Below the pieces are notes generated by a model, which made no database searches, had not been told where the DNA came from, and was given only the letters and a program-made list of their open reading frames with translations. Below are positions 37,804-51,400 of a DNA stretch of 64,000 nucleotides, piece by piece. Origin of the DNA: Azolla caroliniana. Taxonomy: Eukaryota > Plantae > Polypodiophyta. Where the stretch lies: assembly GCA_043228905.1 (NCBI GenBank), contig JBHGNT010000012.1, positions 1,550,001 through 1,614,000 on the forward strand, written 5' to 3'. Within the stretch, counting starts at the first letter, position 1; the number at the start of each line of letters is the position of its first letter. The position numbers were made by a program, and so were the translations under genes.

Positions 37804-39687
37804 ATGGAAGCTCTCGTAGAAGAGTGCAAGATGGGCTTTGCAAGGAAGCTAGCTTCACCAAGTTTGAAGACACGTGAAAAAGCTATCTCACTGCTTGTTG
37901 CGTGGCTTACATCTAAGAAGCATATTGAAGATGAAGAGTTGAAAAAGATTTGGAAAGGACTTTTCTATTGTGTGTGGCACTCCGACAAGGTACCTGTGCA
38001 AACTGATCTCATTGAAAGATTGACATCAATTCCAGAGAAGCTCGATGGTGCACTTTCATTACAATTTTTTAAGGTTTTTCTTGTGACCATGAGAAGGGAA
38101 TGGGCTGGGATAGACAGACTCAGATTGGATAAGTTTTATCTTTTGCTAAGGAGGTATTTAGTCCATATGTTGATGGTTTTGGAAAGGTCAGGGTGGGATG
38201 CCAGTTTGACCAAAGAGTTTATGGATGCCCTTTTGGAGTGGACATTCTTGGCAAAAGATCATCATGCTGCTCTGGGGATTAATCTCCATTATGCTGATAT
38301 TTTTCTCAACGAACTTGAGAAATTTCTCCCATTGAGAGATGATATATTTAAGATATTCATAGAGCCTTTCATACAGGTCATTGCCCATGCTTCTGACAAG
38401 TCCCTTCTCCAGAGAATTAGAGAAAATATTTTTGGACGCCTTCTTGAGCATGGGCATGCCTATGTTAGGGCCAAGCAGAATGAAACTTTATGCAAATCAG
38501 ATGCAGAATTGCTTGGGTTCTTGGCTCTCAGCTCTCCATTAACTTTTGAGGCTTTTAAACTTGCATCTATGCCCACTGTTTCACAAGCAAATCGGAAACT
38601 TTTGTATGAGTTACATAGAGAATATGAAACTCTTGAGAAGCTTTTCAGTGCCTCTGGCATCGTGCTTCCTATATCTGGAAAGATAAAGAAGAGAAAAAAG
38701 ATTATGGAACAGGCAGATCCAAAGGTTAAGCAGAAAAAGAAGAAAAATAAGTATGCTACTAAAAGCATCAATGTTCTAGCATGTGGAACCTCAGAAATGG
38801 TGGAAGGTGAAGGTTCAGGACAGAAGAGTGAACTAACATTCACAGCAGACAAAAATGGAACCAATGAAGAGCTGAAATTGGGTGAAGCTAATGTATCTGA
38901 ATGCCAAATAGATACTATTTCAAGTAACGGCACACTTTCTACTGAAAAGAAGGGAAGCAAGCAAAAGATGAAGTTGAGTAAACGGAAAGTGTCTGAGGCT
39001 ATGACAGACCCTTCAAAAAGTTCCAGGCCAGCCTTGTCAGGCATGAAAAAATCAAATAAAAAGTCAAAGAAAGAAGTTTCTGAAATTCCCTTAGACATTG
39101 TTGATGTGGCTGAGAAGCATGCTAACAATGTAAAAGAAATTTCTGATTTTACAGCTGAAAATGACGCCAGAGTATTAACCATGGATGATTCAGTGATTTC
39201 AAATCTGAAAAGGCAGTTTGATTTACTTGCAGAAGAAATATCTGAGTCTGACACATGTTTATCACCTGTTGCCATGATTACTGCTGTTTCTCCACGTAAT
39301 ACTGGAAGTAAGAAAAAGAAGCTAGTGGATGTTTGCGAAAATAAAGGAGCAAAGTCGCCCAAAAAAGTTGATGCTGAATCTAGCATGGACACCTTTGAAA
39401 GAACTACCACCAGTTCTACTAAGGTAAAAAAGGTAAGATTTGCTCTCAAGAAAAACTTGGTGTGGAGACCAACTTCTCCGCTTCCACCAGAGAGTGTAAG
39501 AGTACCTCCTTCAGCCACCCCTCGAGGGAGTGCTTTGAAGAAAGGAGTTCCTCCTGGTCCTATCATTTCTGAAATGAAAAGCATGGCAATAAAACAGCGA
39601 AAGGGGACTCCAAGAAGACCTCAAAATAATGCTAGAAGTATAACAAAGAAGCCCAAAACATTATCTAACCGTCGGAATAGCCTTTGA
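37804..39687 (+). CDS. RRP1: Ribosomal RNA processing protein 1 (RRP1/Nop52 family), 627 aa
   Basis: Nop52 motifs KKIWKGLFYCVWHSDK and REWAGIDRLRLDKFYLL; Lys-rich C-terminus with KKVRFALKKN (RVxF PP1-binding-like) and SATPRGSALKKG. Confidence 0.93.
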   Translation: MEALVEECKMGFARKLASPSLKTREKAISLLVAWLTSKKHIEDEELKKIWKGLFYCVWHSDKVPVQTDLIERLTSIPEKLDGALSLQFFKVFLVTMRREWAGIDRLRLDKFYLLLRRYLVHMLMVLERSGWDASLTKEFMDALLEWTFLAKDHHAALGINLHYADIFLNELEKFLPLRDDIFKIFIEPFIQVIAHASDKSLLQRIRENIFGRLLEHGHAYVRAKQNETLCKSDAELLGFLALSSPLTFEAFKLASMPTVSQANRKLLYELHREYETLEKLFSASGIVLPISGKIKKRKKIMEQADPKVKQKKKKNKYATKSINVLACGTSEMVEGEGSGQKSELTFTADKNGTNEELKLGEANVSECQIDTISSNGTLSTEKKGSKQKMKLSKRKVSEAMTDPSKSSRPALSGMKKSNKKSKKEVSEIPLDIVDVAEKHANNVKEISDFTAENDARVLTMDDSVISNLKRQFDLLAEEISESDTCLSPVAMITAVSPRNTGSKKKKLVDVCENKGAKSPKKVDAESSMDTFERTTTSSTKVKKVRFALKKNLVWRPTSPLPPESVRVPPSATPRGSALKKGVPPGPIISEMKSMAIKQRKGTPRRPQNNARSITKKPKTLSNRRNSL

Positions 39688-40379
39688 GAATTTATCACCA
39701 TTCATTTATGTTAAGTGATTTGACCAAAGGCTTGGGTGATTAGATGTGGTTGAAGCAGTAAGATATCTCAACCTTTGAGAGGTGACTGAGAGGCATAAGT
39801 CTCTGTCTATGAAGCATCTGGTGATTTGAATTTTGACCTTGATTTCTTTTCTTTTTTCTTTTACCTTCAATCTAATTCTATTTGACACCATTAGGAACTC
39901 CGGATACTCTATTGAAAAGGGAATACATTTGTTGAGGTGCTCCTTTTTTTCTGTATCTGAAAGTTTCTGACTATACATAAGTTTGTGTGGCAGAAGTGTT
40001 GCTTATATTTCTGATACAGGCTTATACAATATCTTCATGATACTGTACAGAAATGTAAGTCAGAGACAAGGTTCTGTTCTCTATCTATGTATACTCTCTT
40101 GATTTAGGAATTCAAATGCCAATATATCAAGCAGAATTACAGAATGGCTGGCTGAATGTTTCTTTGTCAATGCCCTCTGGTATTCTAGGGATTTCACTTG
40201 CTCAATTAATCCTGTTTGTTGCTTGAAGAAATTTACTTTGATTCATTGGTTTGTAATTGTATGTGAAAGAGATCATGGTCAGTCAAAAGTTGTCCTACTG
40301 TATAGTTTTTTCCATGCAGGGTAAGACATGATCAAAGAACTGGGATAATTTGTGGCCAAGTTGTCCTACTGTTTAGTTG

Positions 40380-40701
40380 ATTGATAGTGTATGGTAATGT
40401 ACGATGCTTTAAACTAGTTCGCTGCAAAGATCCAGACACAAGTGTGGTAGGTGAACCTCCCATTCTTACTGATGGATATTGTAAAAGAAAATTGCAATAT
40501 ATTATATATATATATATAAATAGATATAGATATTTGACATTATTGATAGTGGATGGTAATTTACAATGCTTTAAACTAGTTCGCTGCAAAGATCCATACA
40601 CAAGTGTGGTAGGTGAACCTCTCATTCTTACTGATGGATATTGTAAAAGAAACATGCAATATATATTATATATATATAAATAGATATAGATATTTGACAT
40701 T
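40380..40701. repeat. Tandem duplication, ~162 bp x2
   Basis: attgatagtg.atggtaat...tagatatttgacatt at 40380 and 40542. Confidence 0.9.
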
Positions 40702-42424
40702 TCCAAGGCTGTGAAAGAAAATTCACGTGGGATTGTTCTGTGCTCAGTACGACATGATCAAACTAGGACTAGAGTAATTTTATGTTAACCATATTTAGTT
40801 GAAATCATTAAATTTATTTTCTGTAGCTACTAATCAATTTTGAATGCCTTTTGAATTATGCTCAGAAAACTTGGTTGACATAATTGATGAATTGAAGGTG
40901 CTATTTAAAAGCTTGTGTTAATATCTGATAGGGCTATCTATATAATTATCTCTCTTCATTTTTATAACCTGCACTTTTTAGAATTTGGTAGAATCCAAAA
41001 ACAGCAGGATAATGTATATGCTTTAAATTTTGTGGTGCAAGAGTCTTAAGACCTCAGGAGTATATTTATCTTGGGTAGTGTTTGAAAGCTTTTGAATGCA
41101 TATGAAGAAGTAAGGAGTCTGCTTATCTTCGATAGTCCTTGAAAGCATGTTGCCATGCATATGTAATACCTCAAAAATATGCTCTTGGATATTACTAAAT
41201 GCACATGCAAATTTCCCAATGAAACCTGAGGAGTCTGTTCATCTTGGACAGTCTTTGAAAGCACAGTGCATGCATACGAATGCCTTAGAAATATGCTCTT
41301 GGATATGTATTCCAAAATGCATGAGCAAATTCCCCAATAAAAAATGTGCACGAAATCAAAGAAGTGAGTCTGTTCAGAGGGTTGCTTTTCAGAAAAACGT
41401 CTTTATGAAGGTGTATTACTGACAATTTGTGAAATTAAAGGTAAAGATATTCTCAGTTACGAATAATGCCATTTCATGGATTGGGCAAACATGACTTTAC
41501 AACAGTCACGTCCTCAGGAATAGTATACACGGAATGGAATGGCTAAAAAGGCCGTTTTCACCACTACACAGTAAACTGTTGCATCAAACAATTAGACAAA
41601 CGATTCAATGGATCAATTTCAATACTAAGGAATAGAATGTCTTTAGCAGGAGCTAAATCAAATTATGCATTCACAAATGACATCAATTCGCAGTGAAATT
41701 CCTATTTTGTTAACAATGTCTGGTATAGATAAATATTGGCTGTTGTCCATGAAATGAAACAAACACAGTTCTTTTTGGTAGCTGTTCCTACAGAAGGGCA
41801 ACTTTCTTCCTAGCATACAAAACGAAATGTTGAATATTCTAAAAATTCGTGATGATTAATGATTCCAGTCCATAGATGTGCATTTACTTAAAATCTTTAG
41901 GCAAACAAGCTGTAGCTAAAGCATTTCCTACAAAAAAACAGAAACATGAAAATGGGTGGTTTAAAGTTAGAAGCTATTGACAAACTTCAGTCTCCCTATA
42001 AAAACAGGTGGTTTAAAAGTGCGGAACCTATATCTGTTTCTCTCTACACGTTCTCAAGGATTAATAGAGAGTGGACAGTTCAATTATGTGATCAATATCT
42101 TCCATCATGTGTGCTTGGTTTGAAAGTCAAAACACACCTTGAAAAAGCAAAACCAGAATTCACTATGTTTTAAGCTCAAAATATTTGACGATGCCATAAA
42201 ATAAAGACACATTCAGAAAAAATGTGGATCTTACTTTGTCAATATCTGAAATCACCCACACGTACTTTTATACTTCTTCCAATGATAAAACATGCTACTA
42301 ATTGAGTAAAAGTGCAAACGTCAGTGACAATATCAGCAACTTTATATATGATGGCTGAACAAAAATTTCTAGTTTTCTTATTTTTGTAATCAAGATTGTC
42401 AAAGTTTGTTCCAATGTGAAACAC

Positions 42425-43494
42425 TCATTCGGCCTTGTTACTCGACTGTAAGCACATCAAAGAAAGAAAATGAAATGGGAGATCTAATATGGAAATCAAA
42501 AGAAATAAACATTGAAAGAAAAATTACCTGAGCTGCTTCAGCTTCTTCGCGAACCCTCCAATCTCTTTCTTCCATGGCTCTATCCCAAGCATCTGAGCAA
42601 GGATGTTTGGGCTGAAAGTAACATAAATATAGAATAAATCCTAATTAGAGCAGAAACATAAGGAACCCCGATATCCTGGAAAATAGTCACTGGTCTACAA
42701 ATAGCCAAAATGTTTCACTGATCCCAATCGTACCTTTTCTTTTCCTCTTATATAAACTATATACGATCTCGTGAACGAATGACAAACAGATCTCCTGCTT
42801 TTAAGATCCTAGAAAATGTATTAATCTCTCAGGAATTACCACCTGCTGTGATCTATTTGTTTTAGTTGCTACAAAATACATTAATCTTATCTACATCAAA
42901 TGCTAAACAGGTTTCTAAAAATGGATTCTCAAATGTTAAATAATTTCTTGTTTTAACGTTTCACAGTCTGGCCATCTCCATGCATCCTCCACTTCAGATC
43001 ATAATATTGTACCATAACATTATGAAGTCAGATCTAACCCCCTCTTTCTTCAATGTCTTTTTTGGATTTCACTGAATATCCTTATATTTATATTAATAGT
43101 ATACAAATCACCTGGCCCAGCTTCACAATGCATAAATAGTAAGAATTATAAATGGCGCCAATACTCCTGATCTACCTGAGCATTAACCCGTCAAACATTT
43201 TGTAGCACCTTTAGCTACATAACCAAGAAAATAATATTAAATATATATAGATATAATATATGCGTGTTTATGCATGTATTAACAGAAATTTTAATTCTGC
43301 AAGAAACACTATGTATATACTCACAATCAAGATTAGGTTCACCACCCCAACAATAATTTCGACGGAAAATAATTAACCATTCTATAAAATAATACCTTGC
43401 CAAATGCAGCCTTATGGAAGAAATCTTGTGATTGTCCCATTATGAAAATCATCCCAACAATAATTCCCATGGGGAGCATGGATTCCCACCACAT
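42425..43494 (-). CDS. NDUFA1: Mitochondrial complex I subunit NDUFA1 (MWFE), 67 aa. Exons 43494-43396, 42611-42528, 42445-42425; probable 5'-UTR exon ending at ~45641
   Basis: Spliced product MWWESMLPMGIIVGMIFIMGQSQDFFHKAAFGK/PKHPCSDAWDRAMEERDWRVREEAEAAQ/SSNKAE* matches the plant MWFE pattern (W.E.MLP.GII..M....G.SQ...HKA..G.PKH...D.WD.AME.RD). GT-AG junctions. Not in the ORF track. Confidence 0.9.
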
Positions 43495-44299
43495 TTTTCC
43501 TTGTTCCTAAAAACCACTGCATCAGCAAGAAGTTAAGTGAAATAAAACATGTGGATGCTATACAATGTAGACAGTGCTTAGAAGAACAGTCATCTTTTTC
43601 CTATCTCAAGTGTCATTTGGCACAACAGCATGGTCTTAACCTCTCCATCACGTATTGAAAAGAATAGAAAAATACTACTTAAATGGGATCCTCAGGGTTT
43701 TCTATAAATCTCTGCTGCGACTGTCCCATTATGAAAATCATCCCAACAATAATTCCCATGGGGAGCATGAATTCCCACCACATTTTTCCTTGTCCCTAAA
43801 ACCACTGCATCAGCAAGAAGTTAAGTAAAATAAAACGTGTGGATGCTATACAATGTAGACAGTGATTAGAAGAACAGTCATCTTTTTCCTATCTCAAGTG
43901 TCATTTGGCACAACAGCATGGCCTTAACCTCTCCATCACGTATTGAAAAGAATAGAAAAATACTACTTAATGGGATCCTCAGGGTTTTCTATAAATCTCT
44001 GCTGCGACTGTCCCATTATGAAAATCATCCCACAATAATTCCCATGGGGAGCATGGATTCCCACCACATTTTTCCTTGTCCCTAAAACCACTGCATCAGC
44101 AAGAAGTTAAGTAAAATAAAACGTGTGGATGCTATACAATGTAGACAGTGATTAGAAAAACAGTCATCTTTCTCCCATCTCAAGTGTCATTTAGCACAAC
44201 AGCATGGTCTTAATCTCTCCATCACGTATTGAAAAGAATAGAAAAATACTACTTAAATGGGATCCTCGATCCTCAGGGTTTTCTATAAATCTCTGCTGC
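43433..44299 (-). repeat. Tandem triplication (~288 bp unit) containing the NDUFA1 splice acceptor, ATG and first ~20 codons
   Basis: Three near-identical units with ATGs at 43494, 43783 and 44069. Confidence 0.93.
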
Positions 44300-47200
44300 A
44301 GTGATAACCTTTGACAGTTTAAAATCTTAGCCCTCCTCTAAAAATTTTGCAGGTGTCAAACATTGTAAATGCACAAAGTTGCTGGCTAAATGTAAGGATT
44401 GGGATATCTAAACTATGACACTTGGAAAATTTACTATGAGAATGGAAGCCAGCCCAATATTATGAATTTGCCACCAAATTAGTACTTGATCTCAGGGGGA
44501 AATTGCTGAAGACGGCTTGCCAATGCAGACGCTCACATCTGGACACCCATGCTGTGACACTGATGTGCACAGGCTTACGCACATTGAGCGTACAAATTGC
44601 TGGTTAGCTGAATAGTGAGCCAAAAAATAGAATATTCCAACTCAATCTACCAAACACAAAAGAACATGAAATGCCTTCCATATGAGGACACCAGGCACGA
44701 CTTGCAAGAAATCCCACAATGTTTTATCTTTCAAGAAGTTCTAATAAGAACAAAACCATTGCCAATGACAGTGGACATACTTTTTGCTTGTCGCCTTGAT
44801 AATAGAGCCAAACAAATGACAGATTCAAATAGTGAAACAAGCTTGGTTCACATTCCAGATTTTACAGTATATTTTTCTTCCTCCATTCTTTTAATCCCTC
44901 AATTCCACGGCAGGGGAGAGTGCATTGAACATTTTCTGGTTCCATGGGTCATATTGGTTCTCTATGGACATAAATGTATATCATCATCACCTTTCTCTTT
45001 CATACACGCTTACAAACATACAAGTACAAACCCCCTACTTCTCTCCTCTACAAGAATGTTCCACTTTGTTGAGTCAGCAACAGAACCAAGTAGTTACGTT
45101 GGTAGGGAAGAACTGTGGGAGCATCGAAGCAGAAAGCAAGTAAAATAACATCATTTTTATAGGTGAGAGGTTAAAGGCCCACCAGGACGATGGGCTTCCT
45201 TATACCAATCTATTTCCAACATAAACTTCCATATATCCTCCATCCCAGTTGTCATATGACCTTATACGGCATCATAGACAGAACCCAAGTTTGATCATCA
45301 CTATGGGATCACCCCCGCTCCATGGATTAAACCACAGAGATAGATCACCAACAAAGCACCATTATTTTACCACACATGCTCACATGATCTTATTCGGCGA
45401 TTTCTTGGGTGGAGGATAAAACAATTTAGGCATATTTTACATCTCTGTCGAAACTCTGATGATGTTGACATTGAAAGAAAAACCCAAAAAGAAAACAAAG
45501 AGAAACCCAAAAAGCAACAAAATAGAAATACAGATGAAAATAAAAGAAACAGAAACAAAAATTCAAAATACAACAACAGAAAACACAGAGAAAAATAACA
45601 TTAACACTGATGACGATGAACAGGGATGGTGGGTTGATTACCTGGACCAGTATGACAGAGATCCTTGCGAAGCAGGCGAACGATCTGACCTAAACGCCAA
45701 AAGATCTAAAATGAATTGAAAGATGAGATGTGAAGATAAGAGCTATTTACGAGTACAATTTACTGGTTCCATTAACCTGCAATTATGCATAATACAAGCT
45801 CACTAATAGTGCCATGGTTTACGGACAATAGATCTTATCGAATGTTAAGGACACGACACGGATTTTTTACAATGATGGTATACATCGGATTTTTACAAAT
45901 AATCTACAAAGAGTAGTATCAAGGATTATAATCTACAAAGGGTAGTATCAAGGATTGATTACCGTCGTGTGTGATGTTCCCTTTTCGTCTTAAGAAGCTC
46001 TACTCATCTCGTGCCAGCTATGATGCTCCCAAGTCCTTTGGCATCTTGATATCGAGAATAGTTGTTCCCATTCTTGAATTGTTGAAATAAGAGTAGGGGT
46101 TTGTGACATTTGTGGTGTTGTTCATTAGGGGCAAGGGTAAATGCCCAAGAAAGTATTGAAAATTCGGATCCAAATGATCTCATTGCTAATTGAACAAACT
46201 TAAAGCAATTAACATAAGAGGTGGATTGGGATAATTCTCCTCACCCAATTGAATGTTGTCAAATAGAGAATTTTGTATTGGTCCATCTTATCTTCACATC
46301 ATGTACAGAAGCCAAGCATAAATACCTCAGAATGCTAATGCACCTCGGTACAAAGGTGAAACTCCAGAAACTAAAATAGAAGAATCTCAAAAAAGCACAC
46401 AATTAATTGAAAGCCCTATTTATACCATTAAACTCACCTATATCCAAACCATAATGTGGACAACCATATAACCATCGATGCATGAAATGGTCACATAATA
46501 CTATCAAATGCCTTTCAAAAACGTTGCTTGTTTAAGCTACAACAAAAGATATTAGGGACATAATTGATAAAAAGTAAAAGACATAGAAAGGTTGATATGA
46601 CATTTGATGATCCAAGTTGCACTCAAGCTCTTTCCATAGACACAATTAAGAAAGTGGTGGATTTTTTAGTACATGAGCCTTATATCCCTACATGTTTAGA
46701 TAAGGGCATGTACAACCAAGCCTAACATTAAAATGATTGTACTAATTTAAGAGGCCCTAAAGATGGAAGGTATTAAATTAGCCTTGGACGTAGGATCATG
46801 TGTCCTCATATTGTTTTTTGTCCACCTTGCCAAGCTTTTACTTGTACATCACCTATGTGTTTTGGTTGGTGGCATCAAAGGCTACCCCATGCTATTACTA
46901 GAGGTGTGTCTATTGTTTGCCCTTACAATGGGAATATGACTTTAGCATTGTTAGGTCTTGTAAGGAAATCGAGATCCCAATGAGCTTTTTGAAACAATGG
47001 TTCAACAATTGGATGTGGAAGTATTATGTTACCACTTCCTAGATTCTTGCACAGTTATGTGCATGCATGCCGAATTGTTGGGACAAGATAACCTTTTACA
47101 AGATTTTGAAGTGTGCAAAAGCTTTTATTGCCATTGACCATAATGCCAAACAAACCAAAATCCATACACATAGATGAAGATTGAAAAGAATTCCAATGGT

Positions 47201-48420
47201 GATAATAAGATTTCTTTTGAAAAGGTTGCCCTCCAAGCTTTAACAAGACACATAGAAGAGGGAAGAAGAGCAATAATAAGGAATGCTTGCCATGACATTA
47301 AATTATCAATATTAGTCTTCACCAACAAACCAATCACCATGAGACCCAATTAGACACTCTTAATGAGGGCTCAAATTCCTCTCCTTTTGAAATCCTTCTT
47401 TTTCCAAATCAACTTCCCGATTTAACACTCTTAACGTGTGATTCAATCATTTTGAAACCTAATTGCACCTCTTGTGCTTGATTTTGCAATCATAAATTTT
47501 GCAAACCAGCCTCCATTTCCTCAGAATTTGATGCAATTCCTACATTAAACCACAAACAACAGAACTTAAGATAACTACAGCATAGAACTAATCAACTCAA
47601 GTTAGGAAGCCCAATGTTGATTTTTTCCATTCAAATCATCTGTCCAAGTGATAATGGAGAACATACTGAAAGTTTAGGATTTGCAACAAAGCTAGCATAC
47701 ATAGATTTAATGCCCATTTGTATGCAACAAGTTAAACTTCTTTGCAATAAACAGAAAGTACCCCATAAAATTGACATACAACTAATTGATAACTGATGCT
47801 AAAAAAATCAACACTTGATATACATATGGAATGTACAAGAGATGGAATCCCAACGCTACCTTCAATAATCTTTACCATGTATCATTGGGAGTTAAATGTG
47901 CATCAAATGGTCAACCTACAAAGGTTTGCAGTACATAATAAAAGATGACACACCAGATTGATTTCACCCAGAATCCTACATTGTCACTTTTGCTTTCTAT
48001 TGTTAATTTTGCCAATCTTCTAACATGAGTTGATTATGTCCAAGTCATGCATCTTCATGTTCCACTAATATCATATTGCGACAATTTAGCTCCAAAGGCA
48101 ATGGAGAATGGCATCATTAATTTAGAACGCTATATATCATCAAAGAAAAAATAAGTTTTGATATTTTGAGAAAAAATAAGTTTGATGTTCCCACAGCACA
48201 AATAATAAAGCTTGATTTATTCCAATCACAGGACAGCAGTAATAACTATTTGTTCTCTCTATGGCCTGTTAACTGGATTATGAAAACAAGATTATTTAAT
48301 ATACATTATTACATCCAAGAATATTGTTTATGTAAACCATGTTCATAGTATATGTCACTATAGACAGTTACAAGTGTACAGACTTACTACTCCTGCTCTC
48401 ACCAAAGGATCAGTGACATC

Positions 48421-51400
48421 TCATTTATCATTGTGAACCCTCCCATGATTTGGCATTGCAAGGTCAAATGAACCAATATCCACATTGAAAGTGAGTGATG
48501 TCACTTCATCTACATACCTCAATTCATAGTCTCCCTCCTAGCATACATGTTACAGAAAAAGAAAGCATCAGAATTTTGGTGAACGCCATCCTAACTTTTT
48601 TGTGGTTATGTGCCTAGACATCCATCTGGATGGGCACCTAAAGTGTTCTATCTAGTGCGAGAGGCACATGAAAAAGAAAGCAGATTTCCAATGTGTGAAT
48701 AAATACATCATTAGTTAGAGGGAGATTGAGGAGATCCTATTTAGACATCCAGATGGGCACCTGAAATATTCAGCACTTTCACAAGATATAATATTATAGT
48801 AGGGTAAACAGCACAAAATTGTTCACAGAATCAGACGTAATGTAACCTATATTAACAAAACATACTATTACCGTCCTTACCATTTTGCCAGATGAAGTTG
48901 CAAGAGGACATGCAGAAGTGTATTCGAAATTAGTTCCAGGAAGCAAAACAGGCTGCTGACCAACAATACCTGGACCCCTATTACCACCACAATCTGTTTA
49001 TTAATATGACTTTTCTGCAATCTATTCTCTTTGAGTGCTAGCATAAAACAGTTTAAAAACTAGGAAAAAGATAATCCCCTCTTCTAATAGTATCTCCAGC
49101 AGTGTAGAGCTTGAGGAGTTCTTCACAAACACACTTCTGCACCAGTAGAGTCATCATTAGGCAGCATTGAACTGACATCTACTCTAATGCTGGAAATGGA
49201 GGTAGGCACGAGTGTCACATTAGTGCTAATCACTTACGAGAGTTTCACTTAAACACTTACATTTGTTTCATTGTCTTTATCACATGTTAAATAAAGTCAA
49301 AATGATTAATTATTATTGGCACAACCAGCTTCATACAAGGTTTAGGAATTTAAGATGAGAGTAATTAATACTCAGAATCTTGGTTCGAAAGGAGTTATTG
49401 AGTATCAACTGGACATTTCCATTTTAGTACCTTGTTTGGCAATACCAACATTGGTCAAAAGGAAGAACAAGGGGAAAATTTATAAACCTTCGAGAAAAAC
49501 CTTAGAACAAATATGTAAATACCCTTGTTTACCATCTTCTCTCTCTCTCATAGGCCAAACGTGGTTTCATGGACTATAAAATATCTATTTAAATTTCCCT
49601 CCTCCTTGAGACAGGATTGCTTCCCATGAAGATCATGGCCATGGACAGGGTTGTTAAATACATGCTTGGGGTTCAAAAAAGTCCCTCACATTAACTTCCT
49701 AGAATTGCATGGGAAGCAAGTAAAAAGATCCAAAAGACGCATAAAAGCCAAAATTTTGTGTTCCAGTTGGATGCAAGATATAGTAAAATGGTTTGGTAGA
49801 TGGGATGCAAGACACTTGCTTCATGATGCATCACTAGATTCCTCCGTAAATGAGGACTTTTTGTAATGCCAATGTATCATGACATGGGACAAATGTGGAG
49901 GCTCACGCTTCACACATTATACTACATATGTTGCACCTAACTACAAAACCATATTCTTCGCGGAACGGGGAAACCGTACACATCGATACATGTTAGAGCC
50001 CATCCCGTTATTTGCCATTCGAACCATTGCTTTCATGTGACTTAGCTCACATGCATTGTGAGATGGGGCGTTGGGGCACAAGTGATGAGAGTGACCAACT
50101 ATGCACACTTTGCCTAAACAAGTTCGAGAGTTTGAGTATCACACTTTGATACAATGCTCTGCCTTTGATCATATTCGACCATGCTTTCCACATATCTTTG
50201 ACCGAGCCCAATCCTCACACTAATTTCTCTCATAACCACAATGTGCAATTTCGATTGCAACATTTGTTGGTAAAGTTCTTGAACATTGAGAGTTGCTACT
50301 CATTTTCACATGTATCACGTGAAATGTAATATTTTTGGTCTCATTGGTCATATTTGACCTCCAAAGACAATAATAGAACCTATCTATCTATCTAACTACA
50401 CATATTGCACCTAGCTACAAAACCATATTCTTTGCGAAACGGGGAAACCATACACATCAATACATGTTAGAGCCCATCCCGTTGTTTGCCATTCGAACCA
50501 TTGCTTCCATGCAACTTAGCTCACATGCATTGCGATGTGAGATCGGGCTTTGGGGCACAAGTGATGAGAATGGTCAACTATGCACACTTTTCCCTAAACA
50601 AGTTCGAGAGTCTAATATCACACTTTGATACAATGCTCTGCCTTTGATCATATTTGACCATGCTTTCCACATATCTTCGACCAAGCACAATCCTTGCACG
50701 AATTTCCCTCACAACAACAATGTCTTCCCTCACACAACGGCCAATCCCCCCAAACTTTGTAGAGTAATACAAAATAGTTGGTATGATGAGGAATGTCGTG
50801 ATACAAGGAGATGCTTGCAACGTGATGTAACTCGGGGCATTTATACACAACCAAGCAAGCACAACCTTCCAACGCCTTGTAAGGAAGAAGAAGAGATTGT
50901 ATTTAGCTAAATTTGAAGATCATTTGTATCGCTTGTTTCTAGGCCGAGAGAGTAAAAGAGCATGGAAAATGTTAAATGAGAGGCACCCACCACACAACTA
51001 ACCTCACCTCAGGTGAGGCATGAATATGCAAAGGTTCTATATGATATCCCGGGGCAACCTTCTCTTCTCCACCCGAATGCCTCACGCCCACATGAATCAA
51101 CCTTCTTTACACCACAAAATGTAAGAATGCCATTGATCGGCTACAATTGGGAAGGCCCAAGATCATGATGGATTGGCGGGTGAGCAATTTATCTATGCCC
51201 GTGACACGTTGCTCCCATTGCTAGCACACATCTTTAATAGAGCCATGTGTGAAGGTTTCCCCACTAGATGGACTCAGCATACCATTGTACCAATCCTCAA
51301 GAGTGGAGACCCCATGATGCCAAGCAACTATAGGAAAATCATGATTGGCCATTACTTGGCTAAACTATATGGGTCGATTCTAGAATCAGAATTGAGTATA

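Noticed and set aside
38460-39584. 374-aa antisense ORF
   Set aside because: It is the mirror of the Lys/Glu/Ser-rich RRP1 CDS, with no recognisable motifs.
43090-43170. Alternative NDUFA1 exon candidate (IRSIGAIYNSYYLCIVKLGQ)
   Set aside because: The exon at 43396-43494 matches the MWFE N-terminus far better, and this segment has no support.
44615-45148. 177-aa + strand ORF; possible C/D snoRNAs on the minus strand
   Set aside because: It lies antisense in the inferred NDUFA1 5' intron with no domain features; C-box-like words lack convincing D boxes or rRNA guides.
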